Positions 1-11,804 of a stretch of 64,000 bases of DNA are shown piece after piece. The stretch covers positions 215,018,001 through 215,082,000 of the forward strand of contig NC_058368.1 in NCBI RefSeq assembly GCF_018350175.1, in the 5' to 3' direction. Within the stretch, counting starts at the first letter, position 1. Each line of letters opens with the position of its first letter. Made by a program: the position numbers and the translations under genes. This DNA is from Felis catus (taxonomy: Eukaryota). The notes beneath the pieces are model-generated. The model did no database searches, had not been told where the DNA came from, and saw nothing but the letters and a program-made list of their open reading frames with translations.

Positions 1-2507
1 CTAGCTTCGAGAAGAATGCTGGTGCAATTTTGATTGGGATTGCATTGAATGTGTAGATAGCTTTGGGTAATATTGACATTTTAACAGTATATTCTTCCAA
101 CCCATGAGCACGGAATGTTTTTCCATTTCTTTATGTCTTCTTCAATTTCCTTCATAAGCTTTCTATAGTTTTCAGCATACAGATCCTTTACATCTTTGGT
201 TAGATTTATCCCTAGGTATTTTATGCTTCTTGGTGCAATTGTGAAGGGGATCAGTTTCTTTATTTGTTTTTCTGTTGCTTCATTATGAGGGTATAAGAAT
301 GCAACTGATTTCTGTACATTGATTTTGTATCCTGCAACTTTGCTGAATTCATGTATCAGTTCTAGTAGACTTTTGGTGGACTCTATTGGATTTTCCATGT
401 ATAATATCATATCTGCAAAAGGCGAAAGCTTGACTTCATCTTTGCCAATTTTGATGCTTTGATTTCCTTTTGTTGTCTAATTGCTGATGCTAGAACTTCC
501 AACACTATGTTAAACAACAGTGGTGAGAGAGGACATCCCTGTCGTGTTCCTGATCTCAGGGGGAAAGCTCTCAGTTTTTCCCCATTGAGGATGATATTAG
601 CTGTGAGCTTTTCATAAATGGCTTTTATGATGTTTAAGTATGTTACTTCTACCCCGACTTTCTCGAGGGTTTTTATTAAGAAAGGTTGCTGAATTTTGTC
701 AAATGCTTTCTCTGCATCAATTGACAGGATCATATGGTTCTTATCTTTTCTTTTATTAATCTGATGTATCACATTGATTGATTTGCATATGTTGAACCAG
801 CCCTGAATCCCAGGAATGAATCCTACTTGATCATGGTGAATAATTCTTTTTATATGCTGTTGAATTCGATTTGCTAGTATCTTATTGAGAATTTTGCATC
901 CATATTCATCAGGGATATTGGCCTGTAGTTCTCTTTTTTTACTGGGTCTCTGTCTGGTTTAGGAATCAAAGTAATACTGGCTTCATAGAATGAATCTGGA
1001 AGTTTTCCTTCCCTTTCTATTTTTTGGAATAGCTTAAGAAGGATAGGTATTATCTCTGCTTTAAATGTCTGGTAGAATTCCCCAGGGAAGCCACCTGGTC
1101 CTGGATTCCTATTTGTTGGGAGATTTTTGATAACTGATTCAATTTCTTTGCTGGTTATGGGTCTGTTCAAGCTTTCTATTTCCTCCTGTTTGAGTTTTGG
1201 AAGTGTGTGGGTGTTCAGGAATTTGTCCATTTCTTCCAGGTTTTCCAGTTTGTTGGCATATAATTTTTCATAGTATTCCCTGATAATTGCTTGTATCGCT
1301 GAGGGATTGGTTGTAATAATTACATTTTCATTCATGATTTTATCTATTTGGGTCATTTCCCTTTCTTTTTGAGAAGCCTAGCTAGAGGTTTATCAATTTT
1401 GTTTATTTTTTCAAAAAACCAACTCTTGGTTTCATTGATCTGCTCTACGGTTTTTTAGATTCTATATTGTTTATTTCTGCTCTGATCTTTATTATTTCTC
1501 TTCTTCTGCTGGGTTTGGGGTGTCTTTGCTGCTCTGCTTCTATTTCCTTTAGGTGTGCTGTTAGATTTTGTATTTGGGATTTTTCTTGTTTCTTGAGATA
1601 GGCCTGGATTGCAATGTATTTTCCTCTCAGGGCTGCCTTCGCTGCATCCCAAAGCGTTTGGATTGTTGTATTTTAATTTTCGTTTGTTTCCATATATTTT
1701 TTAATTTCTTCTCTAATTGCCTGGTTGACCCATTCATCCTTTAGTAGGGTGTTCTTTAACCTCCATGCTTTTGGAGGTTTTCCAGACTTTTTCCTGTGGT
1801 TGATTTCAAGCTTCATAGCATTGTGGTCTGAAAGTATGCATGGAATGATCTCAATTCTTGTATACTTATGAAGGGCTGTTTTGTGACCCAGTATGTGATC
1901 TATCTTGGAGAATGTTCCATGTGCACTCGAGAAGAAATTATATTCTGTTGCTTTGGGATGCAGAGTTCTATATATATCTGTCAAATCCATCTGATCCAAT
2001 GTATCATTCAAGGCCCTTGTTTCTTTATTGACCATGTCTAGATGATCTATCCATTGCTGTGAGTGGGGTGTTAAAGTCCCCTGCAATTACCACATTCTTG
2101 TCAATTAGGTTGCTTATGTTTGTGAGTAATTGTTTTATATATTTGGGGGCTCCCGTATTCGGCGCATAGACATTTATAATTGTTAGCTGTTCTTGATGGA
2201 TAGACCCTGTAATTATTATATAATTCCCTTCTTCATCTCTTGTTACAGCCTTTAATTTAAAGTCTAGTTTGTCTGATATAAGTATGGCTACTCCAGCTTT
2301 CTTTTGGCTTCCAGTGGCATGATAAATAGTTCTCCATCCCCTCACTCTCAATCTGAAGGTGTCCTCAGGTCTAAAATGAGTCTCTTGTAGACAGCAAATA
2401 GATGGGTCTTGTTTTTTTATCCATTCTGATACCCTATGTCTTTTGGTTGACGCATTTAGTCCATTTACGTTCAGTGTTATTATAGAAAGATATGGGTTTA
2501 GAGTCAT
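1..2507 (-). pseudogene. L1 ORF2p (APE endonuclease and reverse transcriptase), multiply frameshifted
   Basis: MTLNPYLSIITLNVNGLN...CCLQETH...[71 protein letters not shown]. These are split over at least five ORFs. Confidence 0.95.
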
Positions 2508-2557
2508 TGTGATGTCCATAGGTTTCATGCTTGTAGCGATGTCTCTGGTACTTTGTC

Positions 2558-3452
2558 TCACAGGATCCCTCTTAGGATCTCTTGTAGGGCTGGTTTAGTG
2601 GTGAATAATTCCTTCAGTTTTTGTTTGTTTGGGAAGACCTTTATCTCTCCTTCTATTCTAAATGACAGACTTGCTGGATAAAGGATTCTCAGCTGCAAAT
2701 TTTTTCTGTTCATCACATTGAAGATCTCCTGCCATTCCTTTCTGGCCTGCCAAGTTTCTGTAGAGAGATCGGTCACGAGTCTTATAGGTCTCCCTTTATA
2801 TGTTAGAGCACTTTTATCCCTAGCTGCTTTCAGAATTTTCTCTTTATCCTTGCATTTCGCCAGTTTGACTATGATATGTCGTGCAGAAGATCGATTCAAG
2901 TTACGTCTGAAGGGAGTTCTCTGTGCCTCTTGGATTTCAATGCCTTTTTCCTTCCCCAGATCAGGGAAGTTCTCAGCTATTATTTCTTCAAGTACACCTT
3001 CAGCACCTTTCCCTGTCTCTTCCTCCTCTGGAATACCAATTATGCGTAGATTGTTTCTCTTTAGTGCATCACTTAGTCTTCTAATTTTCCCCTCATACTC
3101 CTGGATTTTTTTATCTCTCTTTTTCTCAGCTTCTTCTTTTTCCATAACTTTATCTTCTAGTTCACCTATTCTCTCCTCTGCCTCTTCAATCTGAGCTGTG
3201 GTCGTCTCTATTTTATTTTGCAACTCATTAATAGCATTTTTTTAGCTCCTCCTGGCTGTTCCTTAGTCCCTTGATCTCTGTAGCAATAGATTCTCCGCTG
3301 TCCTTTATACTGTTTTCAAGCCCAGCCATTAATTTTATGACTATTATTCTAAATTCACTTTCTGTTATATTGTTTAAATCGTTTTTGATCAGTTTGTTAG
3401 CTGTCGTTATTTCCTGGACGTTTTTTTGAGGGGAATTCTTCCGTTTCATCAT
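2558..3452 (-). pseudogene. L1 ORF1p (coiled coil, RRM, CTD), one frameshift near 3240
   Basis: MMKRKNSPQK...SQEELKK (ORF 3228..3629) continues in another frame as MQNKIE...RNNLRIIGIPE...ARHIIVKL...YPASLSF...LQEILRGIL (2558..3223). Confidence 0.93.
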
Positions 3453-4375
3453 TTTAGATAGTCCCTGGAGTGGTGAGGAACTTCCACCACTTCCTCTGTA
3501 CTGTCTTGAATAACTTGCGTTGGTGGGCGGGGCCACAGTCAGACCTAATGTCTGCCCCCAGCCCACCGCTGGGGCAGCAGTCAGACTGGTGTGTACCTTG
3601 TCTTCCCCTGTCCTAGGGGTGGGATTCACTGTGGGGTGGCATGGCCCGTCTGGGCTACTTGCACACTGCCAGGCTTGTGGTGCTGGGGATCTCTTGTATT
3701 AGCTGGGTGGATCGGCAACGTGCAAGGGGGCAGGAGGGGCAGGCTCAGCTGGCTTTTCCTTTGGTGATTCTCTGCGGGAGTGGCCCTGAGGCACAGGGAG
3801 GGAGTCAGACCCCCTGGAGGGATGGATCCGCAGAAGCACAGTGTTGGGTGTTTGTGCGGTGCAAGCCTGTTCCCTAGCAGGAACAGGTTCCCTTTGGGAT
3901 TTTGGCTGGGGGATGGGCGAGGGAGATGGCGCTGTGGAGTGCCTTTGTTCCCCGCCAAGCTGCGCTCTGTCGCCCGGGGCTCAACAACTCTCCCTCCTGT
4001 TGTCCTCCAGCCTTCCCACTCTCCGAGCAGAGCTGTTAGCTTATAACCTTCCAGAGGTCAAGTCCCGCTTGCTGTCCGAACACACTCCGTCTGGCCCCTC
4101 CGCTTTTGCAAGCCAGACTCGGGGGCCCTGCTTGGCCGCAGCTGCCCCTCCACCCCGGCTCCCTCCCACCGGCAAGTCCGTGTAGTGCTCACTGCCTCTC
4201 CGCCCTTCCTACCCTCTTCCGTGGACCTCTCTTCTACACTTGGCTCCAGAGAATCTGTTCTGCTAGTCTTCTGGAGATTTTCTGGGTTATTTAGGCAGGT
4301 ATGGGTGGAATCTAAGTGATCAGCAGGATGCTGTGAGTTCAGCGTCCTCCTACGCCTCCATCTTCCCAGAACCGG

Positions 4376-4405
4376 TTTTTTTTTTTAATGTTTTTAATGT
4401 TTATT

Positions 4406-4448
<43 letters not shown>

Positions 4449-4607
4449 ATGAGAAGAGGAGGGGCAGAGAGAGAGGGAGACACAGAATCTGAAGCAGGCT
4501 ACTGGCTCTGAGCTGTCAGCACAGAGGCCGAAGCACAGGGCTCGAACTCACAAACTGAGTGCGTGACCTGAGCCAAAGTCAAACTGACTGAGCCACCCAG
4601 GTGCCCC
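4376..4607 (-). mobile_element. CAN-SINE (SINEC) abutting the L1 5' end
   Basis: T-rich tail, (GA)n tract, and body ending ...GAGCCACCCAGGTGCCCC (reverse of GGGGCACCTGGGTGGCTC). Confidence 0.93.
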
Positions 4608-5384
4608 CTGATTGTTGTTCTTAATAGAATCATTTCTGCTCTTGGAAATAGGTATGAGTCTTTTAGTTCCACCTACTAAACTAACAATGCTGTATGCAGC
4701 TCATTAATCCATATCTACCAAGCTTTCACTCTGACAAATTAAGACATATTTAGCCACCTTGGTTATGAAACACTTTTAAAAAGTACATCAAATAATGATC
4801 CTTGTTCCTTGGTATGATTATCATAGCGACCAGCACTCCAAATCCATAATATTTTATCTTCCTCTTTATGTGAATTTAGAAGGATGCTTTTAACAGATTA
4901 AAATAAGAAATTCAAATCTACCTAATGTTCAAATCAAGGTTTTAAGCTAGTCTCATATTCTGAAGAACTAGGTTAATGCCTATTTATGAAAGTAAAGTGA
5001 TGATTATTCACTTTGTACTTTCGGTATTTGTTGACGGTGCCATGGTATTAATAGAATGGAAAGACTTTTAGAAATCAAAAAGCCTGTTAGAATTCTATAA
5101 AACATTTTTGAGACCAAAAATCAGTGATAATTATTTCTTTTATTTCCTCTGCATCAAGATTGTCTTCATCCTCTCATATTCTCTAAGATGAGGGCAATCA
5201 AACTACTTATTGAGAGGAAATTTTATTTGAGATATATGTTTATCGATGGTCCCTTATGAAATTACCATTGTTATACTCATAATATCACAATCTGGATAGA
5301 GGACATACAACCAAAAATAAATGTTCCGTTTATTTTTTATCCATTTTACATTCTTGATCAGGCAGGCTGTTTGCTGCTGTTGTT

Positions 5385-5560
5385 GTTTTTCATGGATTAT
5401 CTCATTGAGTTGTCGCTATGACAGAATGAAATATTCATTAATATTACCCTAATTTTAAATATGAGGAAACAGAAGATCAGAGAGATCATGCAATATTCCT
5501 AACACCACACAGCTAGAGGTAAGGGGAAAGCCAGGACTATACCACTTCACATATCTTAAC
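5385..5560. mobile_element. MIR fragment
   Basis: ATTACCCTAATTTTAAATATGAGGAAACAGAAGATCAGAGAG...CACACAGCTAG resembles the MIR core. Confidence 0.55.
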
Positions 5561-5758
5561 CATTTTGATTGAGTTTTTCTTCAAAAAGTTTAGGAACCTT
5601 TATTCATTGAATGGCTAAACATTTTACTATTGATTAATTTGATTAATTTCAGTTAAAATTCATGTAAATATTCCCAAAAGTAGATCTAGAGAAATCATGT
5701 TGGTAATCTTTGTAATGTCAAGGAATATTTTTTTTTGAAATGACAATTTTATTAATAT

Positions 5759-5935
5759 ATTTTTTAAATTTTTATTGATTTATTTTTGAGAGGGAGGAAG
5801 GGGCAGAGAAAGAGTGAGACAGAGAATCCAAAGCAAGATCCACCCTGTTAGCACAGACGCTTGAACCAAGGAACAGTGAGATCATGACCTGAGTCACAGT
5901 CAGATACTTAACCAACTGAGCCACCCAGGTGCCCC
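5759..5935 (-). mobile_element. CAN-SINE (older, internally shortened)
   Basis: TTTATTTTTGAGAG...GAGATCATGACCTGAG...CCACCCAGGTGCCCC. Confidence 0.9.
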
Positions 5936-6139
5936 AACAAGTACCAATATTAATCCTGTCCTAAAAATCAAAGTTAAATACTATTAGGCCATTTATTTCT
6001 TGTCATTAATGTTCAGTTTGGGAATGAATAAGGTTATGCATTTTTAACATATGTAAAGCATCATAAAATATAACACCTATAAGTGTTATATTCAGTGAGA
6101 ATTACTGACTCTTCCCCAAAGCTTAATTGATTAATCCAT

Positions 6140-6560
6140 ATTTATCTAAGCATAATTATTTCATTTTTTGAACTATAATATATATTCAGGAAGGAACACA
6201 AATCATGAGAACACAAGTCAGGAGGGAGAACTAGGAGCCTCTCTAGCCTCCTTCTCTCCAAAAGTAGTCATCACACTTTGACTTATAATAGTTTACATTA
6301 GTTTTACCCGTTTGGGGAATATAAATAAATGCAATGATACATTGTCTATTCTACTGAGCCTCGTTTATTTTAGAATAGAGTTTATGAGATTTATCAATTT
6401 TAAAGGTCAGTCAATGAAATTCACGACCCTAACAATACAGAGGGACAATAAACAGAGGGTGATAAAATAATCGATTCTGAAAAAAACACTTGACAACATC
6501 CAACACTCGTTCATGATAAAAATTTAACAAACTGGGCGTAGAAGAAGAGAATTCTTAGTT
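6140..6560. mobile_element. Ancient L1M fragments (6410-6560 is ORF2-derived, + strand)
   Basis: ATCGATTCTGAAAAAAACACTTGACAACATCCAACACTCGTTCATGATAAAAA resembles the L1 '[18 protein letters not shown]' region. Confidence 0.5.
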
Positions 6561-6769
6561 AAAATGCACACAGATGTCGTAATTTTGCAATGAATCTTCA
6601 TTTTCAAAACCAGTATTACATAGTGCTGTTAAGTAGTAAGTTGCTAAGTTTAATCAGTATCATCGTCATGTTGTATTGCTATTATTTTAGGTGGTGAGGT
6701 TGATATATTTTACCTTTTTCATACAATTTATTTAAGAGATAGTTCATAGTTTCTTAATATTATTTGAAG

Positions 6770-7200
6770 ACTGCATGAATTTCCTGGGGTTATAACAAAT
6801 TACCACAAATTGGGGGGTTTATAATGGAAACTTATTATCTTAGAGTTTTGGAGGGTATGAGAATAAAATCAAGGTGTTGACAGAGTCATGCTCACTCCTT
6901 AGGCTCTAGGAAAGAATCCTTCCTTGTTTCTTCATAGCTTTTTGTGGTTTCTGGAAATTCCTGACACCCTTTGTTTTATAAGCACATTCCAATTTTTGAC
7001 TCTGCTATCACATGGGTTTCTATCTCTATACCTGTCTGTGTCTTCACATGGTCTTATAAAAAGGATTCTAGTTATATCACCCTAATTGGATATAAGATCA
7101 TATTAACTAATTGTACCTACAAATATTTTATTTCCAAATAAGTCACATTTTAGTTTCCAGATGAATATGAATTTTTGGAGAATACGGTTCAACCCAGTAA
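6770..7200 (-). mobile_element. MaLR solo LTR (MLT1-type)
   Basis: ATAACAAATTACCACAAATTGGGGGGTTTA...AAATCAAGGTGTTGACAGAG...GGCTCTAGGAAAGAATCCTTCCTTG...TTTCCAAATAAGTCACATT. Confidence 0.75.
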
Positions 7201-7514
7201 AAAGACTTTGCATTGAAATTCAGAACTATAATTTTTCCATTGGCTTTGCATATCTTCAAAAATATAGACAGAATTTTTTAAATTAAGGCAATTGTGAATG
7301 GTTTTTATAAAAGATGTTTCAACATTAATGTCATTGTTACAGTCTCAAATACTCATATTTAAATATTAATAACTGTATCAAAACTTTACAAGATGCTTTT
7401 GTAAAAAAACAATTATTTGTAAAATAATAATTACTTCTATAATTTCACTACAACTATTCTTTTGTCTTATTATATAACAGTGAAATCTTTTCAAATTTCT
7501 ATGTATTCCTAGAG

Positions 7515-7911
7515 GATGGAGAGGAGTAGAATTTGCCATCTCAAAATATGCCTCCTTGGCATAAGGATTATTTTAGGCTGATTATTTTTAAGGAACAGCA
7601 GACATAGAAAAAGCTCTGAAAACTTAGAAGTTACTCTTTTGTAAGAGACATTTACATTTATGAGGGAAATCCCCGTTTATAAGGGTGTCTCCCTCTCTGT
7701 GCCAGGAACAGAAAGATGACGGACTGTCTAGAGACTCTCGTCAGTGGAGAAGGCAATGACCTAAATCTAAATAACAACCTTGTTTTCTGTGCTTTTCCTG
7801 GTAACTGCAATTACTGCCCCCACTAATCTTTCATCATTAGCTGGAGCTGGTATTTGGAGGTGATCATGTGAGCCATTTCCTGGAGTTACTGTTCTTCTGG
7901 GTATCTGTGAT
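7515..7911 (+). mobile_element. ERV1 solo LTR, MER34-type, 5' part
   Basis: AGAATTTGCCATCTCAAAATATGCCTCCTTGGCATAAGGATTATTTTAGGCTG...AAGGGTGTCTCCCTCTCTGTGCCAGGAA matches the MER34A start as I recall it. Confidence 0.75.
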
Positions 7912-8031
7912 ATGTGACAGTATGTTATTACCACCTTGGCCCAAGACAATCAGATCAAGAGTAATTACAGAATATAAGAATCTAGTAATATTAATCCATC
8001 ATTGTATGGAAGACATTAGGATCAAGAGCCG

Positions 8032-8162
8032 GTAGTAGAGGAAAACTAATTCTCTCTTTACCCTTCTATGTTCATGGCTGAGACCCCCCTAATGAAAGAT
8101 GGATTAGCAGAAGGAAAGCAAACAGAAATTTAATAACCTGTGTACTTCCTGTATACATCACA
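8032..8162 (-). mobile_element. MER34-type LTR 3' end, inverted relative to its 5' part
   Basis: Minus strand reads GTTATTAAATTTCTGTTTGCTTTCCTTCTGCTAATCCATCTTTCATTAGGGGGTCTCAGCCATGAACATAGAAGGGTAAAGAGAGAATTAGTTTTCCTCTACTAC, a poly(A) signal plus U5-like end. Confidence 0.7.
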
Positions 8163-9310
8163 TGTTATTTTTCATCAAGGTTCTGCAAGCTTCTTTGTAT
8201 ATGAAGGTATGCAATATCTGAACCTAAAATTGACATTAATTTGTAAATGATAAGGTTAATTCTCATTATTTTTGCAGCTTATTTCATTTCCCAACAATTC
8301 TCAGACATGCTTATTTTGAAATAAATCTTATATATTTTTTGGTTTTTAAAAATAAATGCATACTCTGTATTATATATAAAAATAAACACTGTGTTATTAC
8401 ATTATTTAGAACAGCAGAATGCATTTATGAAACAAGAGAAAACTAAAATGTGCCCTTTCAAACAAAATGACATCTTTAGGTAATCTAGAATAGGATTAAT
8501 TATGTAGCTTGTAGCACTTCTTCTACCCAATAGATGCCATCAATGTTCACAACTAATCACTGGAGAGACAGAAAAACAATTTAGGTGTTTCTTTTTTTTT
8601 TCCTTTTAATTGATATCTTAAAAACTATAGTGTATAAAGCAACAGCAGGATTATTTTTCATTAAGTAACAAATGAGTGGGGATTACTTACCCATATTGAC
8701 TGGTGAATAATGAAAGAAAAAAAAAAGCTGATTACTAAATACTTTATTTTGCCAGAAACTGTTTTGACATAACGGAGACACAGTCATTTACACCACACTA
8801 TAAAAATTTTGACAATTAACATAACATGTAGCAGTAATTAGAAACATTTTGTGATTCATTTTTGAGAGACACATATTTGGTTTATCAATATATAATTGAA
8901 TTATGCATGTATTCACACCCTTCTCTCATTGAAAGTTATTTTTGTAATTTTATTTTCTCATTTATTGAATTGATTTACATGGAGTATTTAGTAACTCTGA
9001 ATGACATACTATATACTTTATTTTTATAACGAACAACTTTGTTAAACATGTAAACAGTTGGAAATATTATTTGGGAATATATTCTAAAGAATATGTTTAG
9101 GATGGTCATTTAATTATTATTCCTAAGACCCTAGATTCTTAGCACAACCTGTTCTTAAATTTTTTATTTCCTTAAAACTAAGAGGATATTGGTTAAATGT
9201 ATATCCCTAAGGTGCTCTTTGATATAGCTTCTATGCTTCAAAAACTATTCTGTTGTATACTTCTGCTAAACAAATTATCCAGAATCTTAAGGTTATGAGA
9301 AGGCTTTCTA

Positions 9311-9312
<2 letters not shown>

Positions 9313-9383
<71 letters not shown>
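9313..9383. repeat. (TG)n microsatellite, ~35 units with one CG interruption
   Basis: Direct reading; it occupies the tail position of the adjacent SINE. Confidence 0.98.
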
Positions 9384-9386
<3 letters not shown>

Positions 9387-9562
9387 AGGGGTGGGGGAAG
9401 AGATAGAGGAAGAGAGAGAATCTTAAGCAGGCTCCACACCCAGCAAGGAGTCCAGTGCAGGGCTTGATCTCATCACCATGAGATCATGATCATGAGATCA
9501 TGCATGACCTGAGCTGATATTAAGAGTCCCATGCTTAACCAACTGAGCCACCCAGGTGCCCC
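9384..9562 (-). mobile_element. CAN-SINE with internal CATGAGATCATG stutter
   Basis: Ends CCACCCAGGTGCCCC; degenerate TSD AAGGCTTTCTATT/AAGCCCTTCTATT. Confidence 0.9.
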
Positions 9563-9854
9563 AAGCCCTTCTATTGTTTTTAAGCTGAAGAGTTGCAAAT
9601 GAAACTATTATAACATCTGGAGAGAAAATATTCCTAGTTCACATAGGTGTTTCTTAAAGTCATAACTGCAGACTCTAGTTTCACTTGTCCAATGGAGTAA
9701 TGCATTGATGACATTTCTAAATATATATTTAATCCTATGCCAAATTAAATAGGAAACTAATCTTAAGATTTGCTTACATTGTTATGTTTTAGACAATACC
9801 CTTTCATATAGAAATAAAAATATTCCATGCACAATGTAAAGACTTAATATGTGG

Positions 9855-9965
9855 GAGCTTCCCTTCTGGGATGGTAGAACAGATATAATTTTCACTGTCT
9901 TTCTACTGAATATAAGTAAGAACCCTGCACATTATGTATATATTAAACATAAGATTTTGGAAAGT
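9855..9965 (+). mobile_element. Ancient L1MC/L1MD-type 5' end fragment
   Basis: GCTTCCCTTCTGGGATGGTAGAACAG...AAGAACCCTGCACATTATGTATATATTAAACATAAGA resembles old L1 5' ends as recalled. Confidence 0.4.
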
Positions 9966-11284
9966 ATTCTTTGGAAAATATTCTCTTAAATATTTGTTTC
10001 AGAAAGCAGTGAGTTTTAAAAAAATTGTGTAGTTTATTGATTGGTGCTTTTAAAAGAATTAAGCCTTTCAAAAAACAATTAAGGCTTTCTAAATCTTAAG
10101 GTTATTTATAAAGTGTAATAAAATATAGAGTGGCAGGCCTGAGCAAAACATTGGGAGACTTAAGACCAGCCTAGATTCTCATGGCTCATGTTGTGGGGCA
10201 TATGGGTCTGCTCTACCTTAGAGACCAGTTCTCCTACAGGGAAATAGCGTAGTTCCCTTGTAGGATGAATTAGGGGTAGAGGATTAAGTACTCCTTCTGA
10301 CAGCAGTGAAAAGAAAGCCCTTTTATTACCCATGATTATAAAATCATATATAAAGTTTTAAGATAGAGGTGTAATGGTTGGTATAAAATGCAATGAACCT
10401 GGTCCTGTGTAAGAACTGTCTGTTTTGACACCGCCACTCCCCCTTCACACTAGCATCCTGTTTTCAAGATACCTTATGAAACCGAGATTTAATGTTTTGA
10501 GGAAGAGAGTGCCACAGACTGCCATTTCTGCCATTTCACAGACTTAGTCACAGAGGGAATAATTTCCTTCCAAGATCTTAAAACCATATTTATTCTTTCT
10601 CCTAGAATAATAGGGTTTCTCAAGGAACTTTGAAGAATATACTGCTTTGAAAGACAATTATAGAATGTACTACATATTTTAAATATGAAGCTGATAGCTA
10701 ATAATAACCTTCAAGCTTTTACCATTAATTTTAAATTGTCTATTAGAAAAGAAATGCATACTCAGCATTGGGAGGACATCGCAACCTTGTTTACACATAT
10801 TTCAAGGTAATATGGAAAAGTCCACTCACAGTCTCTATATGGCCAGTTAAGAGAAATGCCATAGTGGATACGATGATAGGGAAAGAGAATACACATTAAA
10901 AGTGATAAAATCCTCTATGCTAATCACAAACAATACCTCCTATTAAATATTTTTTTTTCTACATGTAATTCTTAGAAATTGTAAACCAGTCTTGGATGCA
11001 ATGGTGATAAAGCTGTCAGGGACCCTTCTATTTAGAAAACTTAATAAAGGTAATTTAATTCTAGTACACTTTAAGTTCACATACATACCAGTTTTGTAGT
11101 CTTAATTTTGGAGCAATGTAAATTTTCCTTTTTTACATAATACAAATTATTATTTTTTAATTTCCAGAAAATATATAGAAGCAAAATCAGTAACTATAGC
11201 GATTGGTTTAATAGGACACCATGTGGAACTAAAAAAAATTGATTAATTATACTGTTCCTATAGTTACATTTTCTCCCTATCTTA

Positions 11285-11503
11285 TTTTTTTTTTAATTTT
11301 TTTTAACATTTTATTTATTTTTGAGACAGAGACAGAGCATGAACGGGGGAGGGGCAGAGAGAGATGGAGACACAGAATCGGAAGCAGGCTCCAGGCTCTG
11401 AGCCATTAGCCCAGAGCCCGACGCGGGGCTCGAACTCACGGACCGCAAGATCATGACCTGAGCCGAAGTCGGCGCTCAACCGACTGAGCCACCCAGGCGC
11501 CCC
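11285..11503 (-). mobile_element. Young felid CAN-SINE (SINEC_Fc-like)
   Basis: CpG-rich body (CCCGACGCGGGGCTCGAACTCACGGACCG); TSD CTTATTT. Confidence 0.96.
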
Positions 11504-11538
11504 TTATTTCTTAATATCAAAAATAGAAAAGCATATAA

Positions 11539-11722
11539 GGGCATCTGGGTAGCTCATTGGTTAAGCATACAACTCTGGATATCGGCTCAGGTTATGCTCT
11601 CACAGTTCGTGAGATTGAGTTCCGCATGGGGCTCCACACTGACAATATTAATTCTGCTTGGGATTCTCTCTCTCTCTCTCTCTGCCCCTCCTCCCCCTAA
11701 AAATAAACAAACATTAAAAAAA
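11539..11722 (+). mobile_element. CAN-SINE
   Basis: GGGCATCTGGGTAGCTCA...(CT)n...A-tail; TSD AAAATAGAAAAG(C/G)ATATAA. Confidence 0.92.
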
Positions 11723-11804
11723 AATAGAAAAGGATATAACAAATGCCCCTGAACTGTTGCCTTAAACAATAAAAGCTAACAAAATATTTGTATTAGATGA
11801 TTAC

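Larger units (their letters stand above)
1..4375 (-). mobile_element. LINE-1 (felid L1, L1_Fc-like): 5' portion with intact 5' end, running off the window start
   Basis: Minus strand begins GGTTCTGGGAAGATGGAGGCGTAGGAGGACGC, then a ~920-bp GC-rich 5'UTR, followed by ORF1 and ORF2 (endonuclease, RT) peptides in the ORF track. Confidence 0.97.

Noticed and set aside
2718..3194. 158-aa antisense ORF
   Set aside because: It is the shadow frame of purine-rich L1 ORF1.
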